The notes below the pieces were generated by a model. It was given only the letters and a program-made list of their open reading frames with translations. It did not search any database and was not told the DNA's origin. Position numbers and translations under genes: made by a program. DNA of 64,000 bases, taken from assembly GCA_963805135.1 (NCBI GenBank), contig CAWDSX010000024.1, positions 20,805-84,804 of the forward strand, written 5' to 3'. How positions within the stretch are numbered: the stretch's first letter is position 1; each line of letters starts with the position of its first letter. Source of the stretch: an uncultured Gaiellaceae bacterium (GTDB lineage Bacteria; Actinomycetota; Thermoleophilia; Gaiellales; Gaiellaceae). Shown here piece after piece: positions 8,732 through 19,072 of this stretch.

Positions 8732-9502
8732 ATGACAACGGTTGAAACAGCAGGACGACGACTGGACATCAACCGCCGCCTCCTGGTCGCTGGGATGCGC
8801 TCGATGAGGTCGCGAAGACGCACAGGCGCCTCGTGCAAGACAGGAGAGTGACTGCAACGCGCCTTGGTGGACTGCGAGGCGAACGCGAACGCGCAGCAGA
8901 TCAGGAACGCGTGCAGCTCGCGAAGGCGCTCAAGGAAGACAAGCCAGCACCGAAGTTGTCCAAGGTGGAGAAGATCGACAAGGACATCGAGGTCGCCGAG
9001 AAGCGCCTGGCTGCTCTTGAGGAAGCGATTGACGACTCGGTCGCGGACCTGATCGCAGTCGTTGACGAGAACCGCGACGAGTGGTCGACCGAGGTTCTCG
9101 GAACGGTCGCAGAGGCGCAGCCGGAGTACGCGGAGGCGATCGAGGAGGTCGCGCAGGCGTCTGACTGCGCTCCTCTCGCAAATCTCCCTTCTCTCGTTCC
9201 TGCGCGGATTCCCAGAAACGGAACCTCGTACCGCATCCGCGGGTCGCACGTCGCGGCGTTGCGCTCGCCGAACGGCGACCCGTATTGGCTCGGCGAGGTC
9301 CTGCAGGCGCTGCGCGAGGACGCCCAGGTCGAGTTCACGGCGGCGGCATTTCGTTCGTCGCGCGATCCGCTCGGGCGCGCGCATCCAGGCGGAGTTCGAA
9401 GAGAAGCGCGCGAACCACGAAGCAGGACGGGCTCGGGCTATCCTGACCGACGCCCAGATCAGAGAAGGCCTCACCGAAGACCTCATCAGAGAATCGCTCT
9501 AA
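8732..9502 (+). CDS. hypothetical coiled-coil protein of the element, with two frame disruptions
   Basis: ATG 8732 follows AAGGAG. The reading continues in the 8833 frame (KEDKPAPKLSKVEKIDKDIEVAEKRLAALEEAIDD) and ends in the 9062..9502 frame (IQAEFEEKRANHEAGRARAILTDAQIREGL). Confidence 0.35.
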
Positions 9503-9525
9503 CGGAACGAGGAAGGAGCGGAGAG

Positions 9526-10176
9526 ATGGCTACGAAGGCAAAGGCAGCGGAGAAGGAAGCGCCGCGACCCAGTCAGAAGAGTACGAGCTTCCGCCCGGAT
9601 ACGAGAACGCGTCAGCGGGGTTCCGTCGTGCGTTCGAACACGCCAAACGTCACGGCAACGAGGACAAGGATCGCTGCTGTACGCGGAGGCATGGGCGCAC
9701 GATTTTGAGGAGACGGGAGCGGACGATGTCTGAGGGTTCGTCCTTCGACATGAACGCCCTGCTTCGCGGCGAGGTGCAGCAGGACGCTGAAGCAGCGGGG
9801 AGAGCGAACGGATGAGCCTGAGTCGGTCGGCGGGAAGTCGGATGCGGGAGCAGGGCAGGACCGCGAGCAGCACAGGCCTCGTGACATGAACGCCTGGCTG
9901 CGCGACGCAGTGCACGAGTCGCGCGGGCGCGCGTCTAGCGTGCCCAAGGTCACGTGCGAGATACGAGCCGACGAGTGCGACGACGACGATGGCGATGAGA
10001 CTGCCTCATGCATTCAGCCGAGTGGTGCCCACGGCGTCAGCGCGAGCAAACGACATGCGATCGAGATCTTACGGGTTGCTTACGTCTCAGACCGCGCGCT
10101 GCCCAGGCGAGCGGGCTCGGTCGTCGTCGTGGCTCAGCAGTGCAAGCGAGCTACGAAGCGACGATCGCCGCGATGA
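9526..10176 (+). pseudogene. decayed phage-like small ORFs
   Basis: ATG 9526 follows GGAAGGAG. Protein-like pieces are scattered over three frames (YELPPGYENASAGFRRAFEHAKRHGNEDKD, LLYAEAWAHDFEETGADDV). The motif FDMNALLRG / DMNAWLRD occurs twice. Confidence 0.25.
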
Positions 10177-10496
10177 CGGCCATGCGGTCTAGAACGTCAC
10201 GGGCCGGTGCAGTCTCGTCCGTCGTGCCCGCATGCAGCGAGCAAGGAGAACACGTCGGGTTCCGACGACTGCGTCACGACGGCTGCGTGCTACGGCGCGC
10301 GCAGGCGGCTAGATCGCGGAGTCAGTGCATCGCGTTCGAGAGCGAGCAGCAGGAGAGCGTGCGTCTCAAGCTCGACGCGGGTCCATCTGGTCGCGTCCTG
10401 GTCGCGAGTTCCCTCTCCCGCTCTACGGTTGCGAATCGGCCATTGCGCCACCGACAATGTTGGCTGACTTGCAAACAACGACCCAAGGAGGTCGAG

Positions 10497-10661
10497 GTGT
10501 CAGCCACAAAGAAGTGCACGCGTTGCTCGAAGCGGCGCAAGGTCGAGAAGTTCCACAAGGACAAGCATCAGCAGGATGGGCTGTCGTCGTGGTGCAAGGG
10601 ATGCACGCGCGAGTACGACAAGGCGTACCTCGCGCGCAAGAAGGCAGAGGTGAAGGCATGA
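10497..10661 (+). CDS. 54-aa zinc-ribbon protein upstream of the integrase
   Basis: GTG start 5 nt after AAGGAGG. It has CTRC...CKGC cysteine pairs. Its stop overlaps the integrase ATG as ATGA. Confidence 0.5.
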   Translation: MSATKKCTRCSKRRKVEKFHKDKHQQDGLSSWCKGCTREYDKAYLARKKAEVKA

Positions 10662-11932
10662 AGGGTCATACGCGCAAGCGAGGCAATCGCTGGTGCGCGT
10701 CTACGACTTGCCTCGCTGATCCCGTCACGGGACGCGAAGGCAGAGCTGGGACTCTGGGTTCACGACGAAGCGGGAGCCAGACGCTGCACTGACGGAGATC
10801 CTCACGCCTCGGCCAAGGGCACGCCGTCGAGCCATCGAAGCAGACGGTCGCTGCCTTCCTCGATGAGTGGTTCGCAGCGACGTCTGTCCACTCGCCGCGC
10901 GTCAACGAACGCGACCTACGAGACAGTCATCCGGACGCACCTCGTCCCGGCGCATCGGCGTCGATCACGCTGCAGACGCTCTCTGCTGCGTCTTTGAACC
11001 GACTTTATTCGGGCTTACTCGACGCGGGATCGTCAGCAGGGACTGTCCGGTACGTCCACGCGGTGCATCCGTCGCGCGTTGAAGGACGCTGTCCGCTGGA
11101 ACACTCGTCGCGCGCAACGTCGCGGACTCAGCTGACCCGCCTCGGCTGTGCGCGCATCCAGTGCGCACGTGGTCAGCGAGAGAGGTGCGGACGTTCTTGC
11201 AACACGTCGGAGTCCGACCGCCTCTACGCAGCGTATGTCCTCGCTGCGACGACGGGATGCGACGAGGCGAAGTTCTCGGTTTGCGCTGGCGGGACGTCGA
11301 CCTCGATCAGGACGCGTCTCCGTCTCGCAGACGCTCGTCGCTGTCGAGGGAGAGGTTCTCGTCTCTGAACCGAAGACGGCACGAGGACGGCGCATGATCG
11401 CGCTCGACGCGACGACGACGGACTGCACTTCGGGAGCATCGAGACAGGCAGCTGGTCGAGCGACGGCTCACGCGGTACGCCTACGACGACGCAGACCTCG
11501 TGTTCGCTCACGAGGACGGGACGCCGCTCAACCCGGAGGCGTTCTCTGACGCGTTCCAGCGTCACGTGAAGGCAGCGCAGTTGCCGCGCATCCGTCTGCA
11601 TGACTTGCGCCACACGCACGCGACGTTGGCACTGAGCGCCGGCGTTCATCCGAAGGTCGTGTCGGAGAGGTTGGGCCATGCGTCTGTCGCGTTCACGCTC
11701 GACACCTACTCGCACGCGATCCCGGCACATGCAGGAGACGGCCGCTGACCTCGTTGCGTCACTCGTGTTCGAAGAGGACGCACTAACCTCGGGGACGTGC
11801 CTGGCGTCATCGCCCGACCCCCACGCAGACCGGCAGAAGGCTTCTGGGGCAATGTCCGGTCGTGGATCCGCTACTTCCTCGGCATGCCCGACCACAGGCT
11901 CTGACGCAGCACCTGCGGGAGTGCGGTCATGA
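10658..11932 (+). pseudogene. tyrosine recombinase (phage integrase), multiply frameshifted
   Basis: MKGHTRKRGNRW start. Pieces lie in all three frames: NRLYSGLLDAG..GTVRYVHA, RTWSAREVRTFL, RRGEVLGLRWRDVDLD, and LHDLRHTHATLAL...GHASVAFTLDTYSH (the R-H-R-Y catalytic region). At least 5 frame changes are needed. The 3' end is uncertain. Confidence 0.8.
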
Positions 11933-13381
11933 AGGCCGCGATCTACACCCGCGTCTCAACGGACGATCAGGTCAAAGGCAACTCGCTCACGCAGCAGGAG
12001 CGCGCGTGTCGCACAGAAGCGGAACATCGCGGGTGGGAGGTCGTCGCGTCGTTCGTTGACGACGGTGTCTCGTCGAAGGTTCGTCCAGACGACCGGCCTG
12101 CGTTCGGCTCCCTCCTCTCGTCTCGTGCAGAGATCCTCCTCGCGCAAGACCTCGACCGCGTCGTCCGTGACTCAGGACACCTAGAGGACCTCCTGCGCGA
12201 TCACCCAGACCTGCGCATCGTCACGCGCGACGGCACAGACACAGGATCAGGGTCGCATCTCGTCACGCGCATCAAGGCAGCTGTAGCGAACGAAGAGAGG
12301 GAGAAGACTCGCCTCCGCTCAACGCGCAACCGTCTCGATCGCGCACAGCAAGGACGCTGGGTCTGTGGCAAACCGCCACTCGGCTATCGCCAGGTAGAGG
12401 GGGAGATCGTCCACGACGAGCGCGAGGTCGAGATGGTGCAGGACGATGGCGTCGCTGTACCTCTCCTCACACGACACGAAGGCAACGGCTCACGAGGTGA
12501 CAGAGCGCGGATACAGGACGCGAGTCGGGAACGCATGGGACGCAGACGGGGTCCGCCGGGTCCTGCGCAACGAAGCGCTGCGCGGAACCTTCGTATGGGC
12601 GTTCCCTGGGGCGACGATCCTCGGTGAAGAGTTCACAGCGCAGACGTTCACGTACGAGGCCGATCCTGTCCTCGATGCGCAGACGTTCGATCAGGTGCAG
12701 CGTCTGCTCGCGCTCTCTGACCGAGGGAAGTACAGGTCAGGACGCACGCGCTACCCACTCACAGGACACATCTACGGCGCCTGTGGTCGACGCATGAACG
12801 GCGTCACGTTTAGGGATCGCCACGGCAACGACGAACCGCGCAGGTACAGGTGCGATGCGCAGGACAAGGACGTGTGCTCGTGTCGGAAGAAGTCGATCCT
12901 CGCAGACAAGGTCGAGGACGCTGTCGCAACCTGGATCACGGTCAACCTCCTGCGGCCTGATGTCGTCGCGTCGTTGCTTTCAGAGCATCGGGCGCTGAAG
13001 GCTGACGCAGTCGCGGCAGAGAAGACAGTGACGCAGCTTCGAAAGCGTCTCGCCTCTCTCGAATCGAAGCAGGGCGACGTGTTCGTGATGTTCGCGGGAG
13101 CAGACGCGAAGCGAATCCTTAAGCGCCTGAATTCAGAGATTGAGGACGTGCGCGCGAAGATTCAGACGTACTCAGAAGCAGCCGCTTCCGTTGCGTTCAC
13201 AGAGTCAGATCTCGCAGACGCAATCGAGCGCGTGGTCGGTACAGCGACCCAATCAGCGCAGCATCGCTCCCACGATGAGCTCCGCCGTCTCGTGCGCATG
13301 CTCGACGTGCGTATCGACCTGCGGAGAGGGAGGATGGGCGCACCATCCATGTCACCGGCAACATCTCCGTACCAGAATTGA
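11929..13381 (+). CDS. large serine recombinase, with one frame disruption near 12445
   Basis: MKAAIYTRVSTDDQ is a resolvase catalytic-Ser domain. It is followed by a recombinase domain, a Cys-rich zinc ribbon (CGRRMNG...RYRCDAQDKDVCSC) and a coiled coil. The protein is split between ORFs 11929..12627 and 12446..13381. Confidence 0.85.
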
Positions 13382-13387
13382 GTACCA

Positions 13388-13801
13388 GTGTTAGAGCGTG
13401 AGTCTATTCGGGTCACACGCTCCGTCCTTCTGCCGCTGTCGGAGATCGAGCTTCGCGTGTCACGCTCGAGCGGGCCGGGCGGGCAGCATGCCCAGAAGTC
13501 GTCGACACGAGTCGAGGCGCTGTTCGACGTCGAGGCCTCGGACGCGCTCACCGAGACGCAGAAGCGACGCGTGGTCGCCCGTGCCGGGTCCTTTCTCCGA
13601 GCGGTCGCGCAGGACGAGCGAAGCCAGTCGCGCAACCGCGAGCTGGCCGTCGACCGCCTCGTCGAGAAGCTCCGAGAAGCCCTCGCCGTGCCGCGGAAGC
13701 GCGTGGCGACCAGGCGCCCGGCGGCAGCGAACGAGCGGCGCCTCGAGGGCAAGCGCCGCCGCGCACGGACGAAGGCGCTCAGGAGACCACCCGCGGATTA
13801 G
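13388..13801 (+). CDS. arfB: alternative ribosome-rescue factor ArfB (peptidyl-tRNA hydrolase, GGQ)
   Basis: 137 aa with SRSSGPGGQHAQK and a basic C-terminal tail. The GTG start lies 6 nt after the recombinase stop. Confidence 0.85.
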   Translation: MLERESIRVTRSVLLPLSEIELRVSRSSGPGGQHAQKSSTRVEALFDVEASDALTETQKRRVVARAGSFLRAVAQDERSQSRNRELAVDRLVEKLREALAVPRKRVATRRPAAANERRLEGKRRRARTKALRRPPAD

Positions 13802-13812
13802 ACTCGCGCGCG

Positions 13813-15382
13813 GTGGACGTGCTCCGGCTTACAACGCTCCTCCCCGAGCTTCCGCGCGAGCGGACGCGGCTTCTCGACAACCTCGGCCGCGTCCGGCGCG
13901 ACGTCGGCCCGATCACGATGGAGCTGTCCGACGCCCTCGCGGACCACATGAACATCCGGCGCGGCGAGGTGCACGAGGTCGTCTCGTTCTACTCGTTCCT
14001 GCAGGTGCCGACCGACACCGTCCGTGTGTGCACCGGCCCCGTCTGCGACTGCTTCGGAGCGCGCGAGCTCCTGGCATCGACGCCCGGTGCGATCGAGGTC
14101 GCCTGTCTCGGCCACTGCGACCTCGCGCCCGCGATGACGCGCGGCGACGAGATCGTCCCCGCGGTAACGCACTCGACCAACGACGGACCGGCGGTCGGGC
14201 TCGGCGGCGGCGACGCGTCGCTCGCGGAGTACGAGGCGCGCGGAGGGCTCTTCCTCCTGCGCGGGGTGCCGTCGCTCGAGCGGATCGTCGACGAGCTGAA
14301 GGCATCGGGGCTCACCGGCTACGGCGGCGCCGGGTTCCCGACCGGCCTCAAGTGGGAGGCGGTCGCGCGCGAACCGGGTCCGCGCTACGTCGTCGTGAAC
14401 GCCGACGAGGGCGAGCCGGGGACGATCAAGGACCGGTACGTGATGGAGCTTCGGCCGCACCTCATGCTCGAGGCGACCGTGCTCGCGATGCGCGTCCTCG
14501 ATGCGAGCGTGGGCTACGTCTACCTCCGCGAGGAGTACGCGACGTCGCGCTCGCGCCTCCAGCAAGCGATCGACGAGTTCCGCGCCGCCGGGCTCCTCGA
14601 CGGCCTCACGCTCGAGCTGGTCATCGGCGCGGGCGCCTACATCGCCGGTGAGGAGACCGCGATGCTCGAGTCGATGGAGGGGCGCCGGGCGATGCCCCGG
14701 CTCAAGCCGCCTTTCCCGAGCCAGGTCGGGTACCTCGGCCGCCCGACGCTCATCCAGAACGTCGAGACGCTCGCGCACATCCCGGCGATCCTCCGGAACG
14801 GCGGCGAGTGGTGGGCGGGGCTCGGGACGCGCGACGCGAAAGGCGCGCGGCTCTGGTCGGTGACGGGCGCGGTCGGGAAGCCAGGCTGCTACGAGGCGCC
14901 GAACGGCATCACCACGCGCGAGCTCGTCGAGGAGTACGCAGGCGGGTTCTCGGACGAGGTCGGGGCAGTCGTCCCCGGCGGCGCCGCGAGCGGGATCCTG
15001 CCGCCGGGCGCCCTCGACGCCCCGTTGACGCGGGACGGGCTTGCGAGAGTGGGGCGCCGGCCCCGGCTCGGCCGCCGTCCAGGTCTTCCCGACCTCCTAC
15101 TCGCCGCTCCGCCTGCTCGCCGAGACGATGCGCTTCTTCGCCGAGGAGTCGTGCCAGAAGTGCACGCCGTGCCGCATCGGCAATCGTGCGCTCCATCACC
15201 TCGCAGAGGAGCTCGAGCACGATCGGGCGGCGATGACCCGCGAGAAGGTCGACGAGTGGCTGCTCGCGATGGAGAAGACGTCGATCTGCGGGCTCGGCCA
15301 GGCCTCGCCGTTCCCGGTCCGCAACGCGATGGCCTACTGGCCCGAGCTGTTCGCTCCGCTCGCCGGGGAGACAGGCGCTTGA
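13813..15382 (+). CDS. formate dehydrogenase diaphorase subunit (fused NuoE-like/NuoF-like), with one frame disruption near 15040
   Basis: It has a 2Fe-2S thioredoxin-like N-terminus (CTGPVC...CLGHC). GYGGAGFPTGLKW and NADEGEPGT are the FMN/NADH motifs. The C-terminal 4Fe-4S part (ESCQKCTPCRIG...SICGLGQ) is in ORF 15041..15382. Confidence 0.85.
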
Positions 15383-16374
15383 GTGCCGACCTCGTCAGAC
15401 TCGTCGACGGGTTCCGGGTGACACAGACGATCCACGCCGGCGTCGAGCTCGGAGTCCCGGACCTGCTCGCGGACGGGGACCGCACCGCCGACGATCTCGC
15501 AGAGACGTGCGGCGCCGATCCTTCCGCGCTCTACCGCCTCCTCCGGGCTCTCGCGAGTCTCGGGATCCTCCACGAGGCGGATGGACGCCGCTTCTCGCTT
15601 ACGGAGCTCGGGCGGCCGCTGCGCAGCGACGTGCCGGGCTCTCTCCGCGGCTGGGTGCGACTCATCGGGCGCGACCACGTCTGGCGATCCTGGGGCCATC
15701 TCACGAATGCCCTTCGCGACGGGGAGAACGCGTTCCGGTCGCTCCACGGGACCGACGTGTGGGAGTGGCGGGCGGCTCATCCGGAGGAGAGCGCGATCTT
15801 CGACGAGGCAATGATGTCGCTGACCGGGGCGGGGAACGCCGCGATCCTCGGCGCCTACGACTTCGGCCGGTTCGAGACGGTCGTCGACGTGGCCGGAGGG
15901 AACGGGACGCTGCTGGCGGCGCTCCTGACGACGCATCAGCACACGCGCGGAATCCTGTTCGACCAGGAACACGTCGTCAGTCGGGCCGAGCCGGTGCTCC
16001 GAGCTGCGGGGGTGCTCGATCGCTGCGAGGTCGTCGCGGGAAGCTTCTTCTCGTCCGTGCCCGAGGGCGGCGACGCGTACGTCCTGAAGTCGATCATCCA
16101 CGACTGGGAGGACGAGGAGTCGGTCGCGATCCTCCGCACCTGTCGCGACGCCATGGGGCCGCAGGCGGTCGTCCTCGTCATCGAGCGCGATCTCGGGCCG
16201 CCGAACGAGAACGCCGTCGCCAAGATCTCGGATCTGAACATGTTCGTGATGCCCGGGGGCCGCGAGCGGACGGTCGACGAGTACGCCGCGTTGCTCGATC
16301 GAGCAGAGCTCCGGCTCGACGGCGCGCACCCGACAGCGACGGGACATCTCGTCATCGAGGCCGGGGTACAGTGA
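15379..16374 (+). CDS. SAM-dependent O-methyltransferase (COMT-like, with dimerisation domain)
   Basis: About 331 aa: LRALASLGIL winged-helix/dimerisation part, VDVAGGNGTLL motif I, and YVLKSIIHDWEDEE. The TTG start overlaps the fdsB-like TGA. Confidence 0.85.
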   Translation: MSADLVRLVDGFRVTQTIHAGVELGVPDLLADGDRTADDLAETCGADPSALYRLLRALASLGILHEADGRRFSLTELGRPLRSDVPGSLRGWVRLIGRDHVWRSWGHLTNALRDGENAFRSLHGTDVWEWRAAHPEESAIFDEAMMSLTGAGNAAILGAYDFGRFETVVDVAGGNGTLLAALLTTHQHTRGILFDQEHVVSRAEPVLRAAGVLDRCEVVAGSFFSSVPEGGDAYVLKSIIHDWEDEESVAILRTCRDAMGPQAVVLVIERDLGPPNENAVAKISDLNMFVMPGGRERTVDEYAALLDRAELRLDGAHPTATGHLVIEAGVQ

Positions 16375-16379
16375 CCGCG

Positions 16380-19072
16380 ATGGTCGAGTTCACGCTCGAT
16401 GGCAAGGCCGTCAGCGCGCCCGAGGGCGAGCTGCTCGTCCATGCAGCCGCCCGGCACGGCACGTTCATCCCGACGCTCTGCCACGACTCGAAGCTCGACC
16501 CGTACGGCGGCTGCCGGATGTGCGTCGTCGACGTCGAAGGAGCGCCGAGGCCGCTCCCGGCGTGTGCGACGAGCGTCACGGAGGGCATGGTCGTCTCGAC
16601 GAACGGACCGATCACGGGCTTCCAGCGGACGCTGACCGAGATGCTCCTCTCGGAGCACCTGAACGAATCGCCGGGAGGACGCCCGAACGAGCTCGTCGAC
16701 CTCGCGCAGGAGCTGGGCGCCGACGCGCCGCTGCTGCTCCCGGACGCGAAGCGCAAGGAATACGACGACCGGAACAAGCTGATGGGCTACGACCCGGACG
16801 CGTGCATCCTCTGCGCGCGCTGCGTCCGCTACACGCAGGAGGTCATGCAGTGCTCGGCGCTCTCGCTCGAGGGTCGCGGCGGACATGCGCGGATCGTTCC
16901 CACGTGGGAGCTCTCGTGGCTCGACACCGAGTGCGAGCTCTGCGGCGGCTGCCTCTCGGTCTGCCCGACCGGCGCGATCTACGAGAAGTTCGAGGAGGGC
17001 ACGTCACGGCCGGAACGCGCACTCGAGCAGGTGCGGACCACATGCACGTTCTGCGGCGTCGGCTGCCAGATCGACCTGAACCTCGATCCGCAGACCAAGC
17101 ACATCGTGAAGGTCACGTCGAAGGACGAGTACCTGCCCAACGAGGGCAACCTCTGCGTCAAGGGCCGCTTCGCCTTCAACTTCGTGCACCACCCGGACCG
17201 ACTGACGCAGCCGCTCGTCCGCCGCGAGGACGGCGAGCTCCATCCGACGACCTGGGAGCACGCGCTCGAGACGGCAGCGAGCGGCCTGAAGAGGGTCATC
17301 GCCGAGCACGGGCCGCAGGCCGATCGGCTTCCTCTCCTCCGCACGGCTGACGAACGAGGAGAACTACCTCATCCAGAAGCTCGCCCGCACGGGGGTCGGG
17401 ACGAACTCCGTCCACTCGTGCGAGTCGACCTGACACGGCCCGACTCTTTACGGCCTGGTCAGGTCGTTGGGCAGAGGAGCAAGTACCAACTCGATCCCGG
17501 AGATCGAGAACGCGCGCTTCCTTTTCGTCATCGGCTCGAACACGACCGAGGCGCATCCCGTCCTCGCACTCCGTATCAAGAAGGCCGTCCGCAACGGCGC
17601 GACCCTCGTCGTCGCCGACCCGCGGAAGATCTGGCTGACGAAGATCGCCACACGACACCTGCAGCTTCGCCCGGGGACGGACGTCTGGCTCCTCAACGCG
17701 ATGATGCACACGATCCTCGCCGAGGGTCTCCAGGACGAGGACTACATCCGCAGCAACACCGACGACTTCGATGCGGTCCGCGAGGTCGTCATGCGCTACT
17801 CACCCGAGGACGCGGAGAAGGTCACGGGCGTTCCGGCCGAGGACATCCGCGCCGCCGCGCGCGAATACGCGACGGAACGCCACGCCGCGATCTTCTACAC
17901 GCTCGGCATCACCGAGCACGCCTGCGGCGTCGACAACATCTGGTCGCTCTCGAACCTCGTCCTCATGACCGGGCATCTCGGCTACGAGTCCACGGGCCTG
18001 AACGCCCTGCGGGGACAGAACAACGTCCAGGGGCTCAACGACTCCGGCGCGAACCCCATGTACCTCCCCGGCTATCAGTCGGTCGACGACCCCGAGCTCA
18101 GGCGGAAGTTCTCCGAAGCCTGGGGCGTCCGAGGTTCCGGAGACGCCCGGCTACCGGCTCGACCAGATGATGAGCGGGCTCCACGACGGCCGCGTCCGCG
18201 CGCTCGTCCTCATCGGCGAGAACCCGGCGCAGACCGAGCCCAACGCCCGCCACGTGGAAGAGGGGCTCGGGAAGCTCGACTTCCTGATCACACAGGACAT
18301 CTTCCTGCACGACATGACACACAAGTACGCCGACGTCGTGCTTCCGGCGTCGAGCTTCGCCGAGAAGGACGGAACCTTCACCAACACCGAGCGGCGCGTG
18401 AGCCGTGTGCGCAGAGCCGCGCCCCTTCCGGGTGAGGCGAAGACCGACCTCGAGATCGTGTTGCTGCTCGCCAAGGCGCTCGGCGTCCACTGGCCCGAGT
18501 ACCCGGACGCCGAGTCGGTCTGGAACGAGCTCGCGGATCTCGCACCCGCCTGGTACGGCGTCCGCTACGACCGGCTCGAGGAGAACGGGATGCAGTGGCC
18601 GGCGCCAGAAATCGGCCATCCGGGCACGCAGTTCCTGCACGCACCGCGTCCCGCCCGGGCCGGCGGCCGCGGGAAGTTCTACCCGGTCGAATACCAACGG
18701 CCGATCGAGGAGCCCGACTCCGAGTACCCGCTCGTCCTCTCGACCGGGCGGACGCTCTACCACTACAACTCGGCGACGATGACGATGCGCGAGGCGGGCA
18801 TCAGGGAGAAGCAAGAGGATCCGTTCTTCGAGATCTCCGCCGAGGACGCGTCCGCGCTCGGCCTGAGCGAGGGGGACTGGGCTCGGCTCGTCTCGCGGCG
18901 GGGCGACCTCGAGGCACGCGCTCGCATCTCGGGACGCGTCTACCCCGGCCTCGTCTGGATGGCGCTCCACTTCGCCGAGCAGAAGGTCAACTGGCTCACG
19001 CACGACGTCGGCGACTCGCTCATCGGCACACCCGAGTTCAAGGTCAGCGCAGTGCGCGTCGAGCACGTGTGA
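16380..19072 (+). CDS. fdhA: formate dehydrogenase alpha subunit (Mo/W-bisPGD), with in-frame TGA (Sec) at 17431 and two frame disruptions (~17320, ~18130)
   Basis: It has an N-terminal 2Fe-2S and 4Fe-4S Cys clusters, [18 protein letters not shown], and [21 protein letters not shown]. The C-terminal part is in ORFs 17467..18435 and 18167..19072. Confidence 0.85.
17431..17472 (+). promoter_or_regulatory. candidate bacterial SECIS hairpin following the UGA
   Basis: Lower stem 17438-17442/17468-17472. Upper stem 17450-17455/17462-17467. The apical loop is UGGUCA (contains GGUC). An alternative 8-bp helix is GACCUGAC 17427-17434 with GUCAGGUC 17458-17465. Confidence 0.55.

Larger units (their letters stand above)
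6250..13387. mobile_element. decayed prophage-like integrative element (lower GC)
   Basis: Composition drops between the HAD gene and arfB. The patch holds a tyrosine integrase remnant, a large serine recombinase, a phage-type WYLERxxPEEFGKR motif ORF, and many broken small ORFs. Boundaries are approximate. Confidence 0.6.

Noticed and set aside
13813-16374. 853-aa NuoF-like / O-methyltransferase fusion
   Set aside because: The 4Fe-4S C-terminus of the NuoF-like protein continues in ORF 15041..15382 and stops at 15382. The methyltransferase has its own overlapping TTG start.
17431-17433. TGA in fdhA as a truncating stop (pseudogene)
   Set aside because: It aligns with the Sec/Cys metal ligand directly before the conserved His. 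A SECIS-like hairpin follows it, and the frame continues with conserved sequence.
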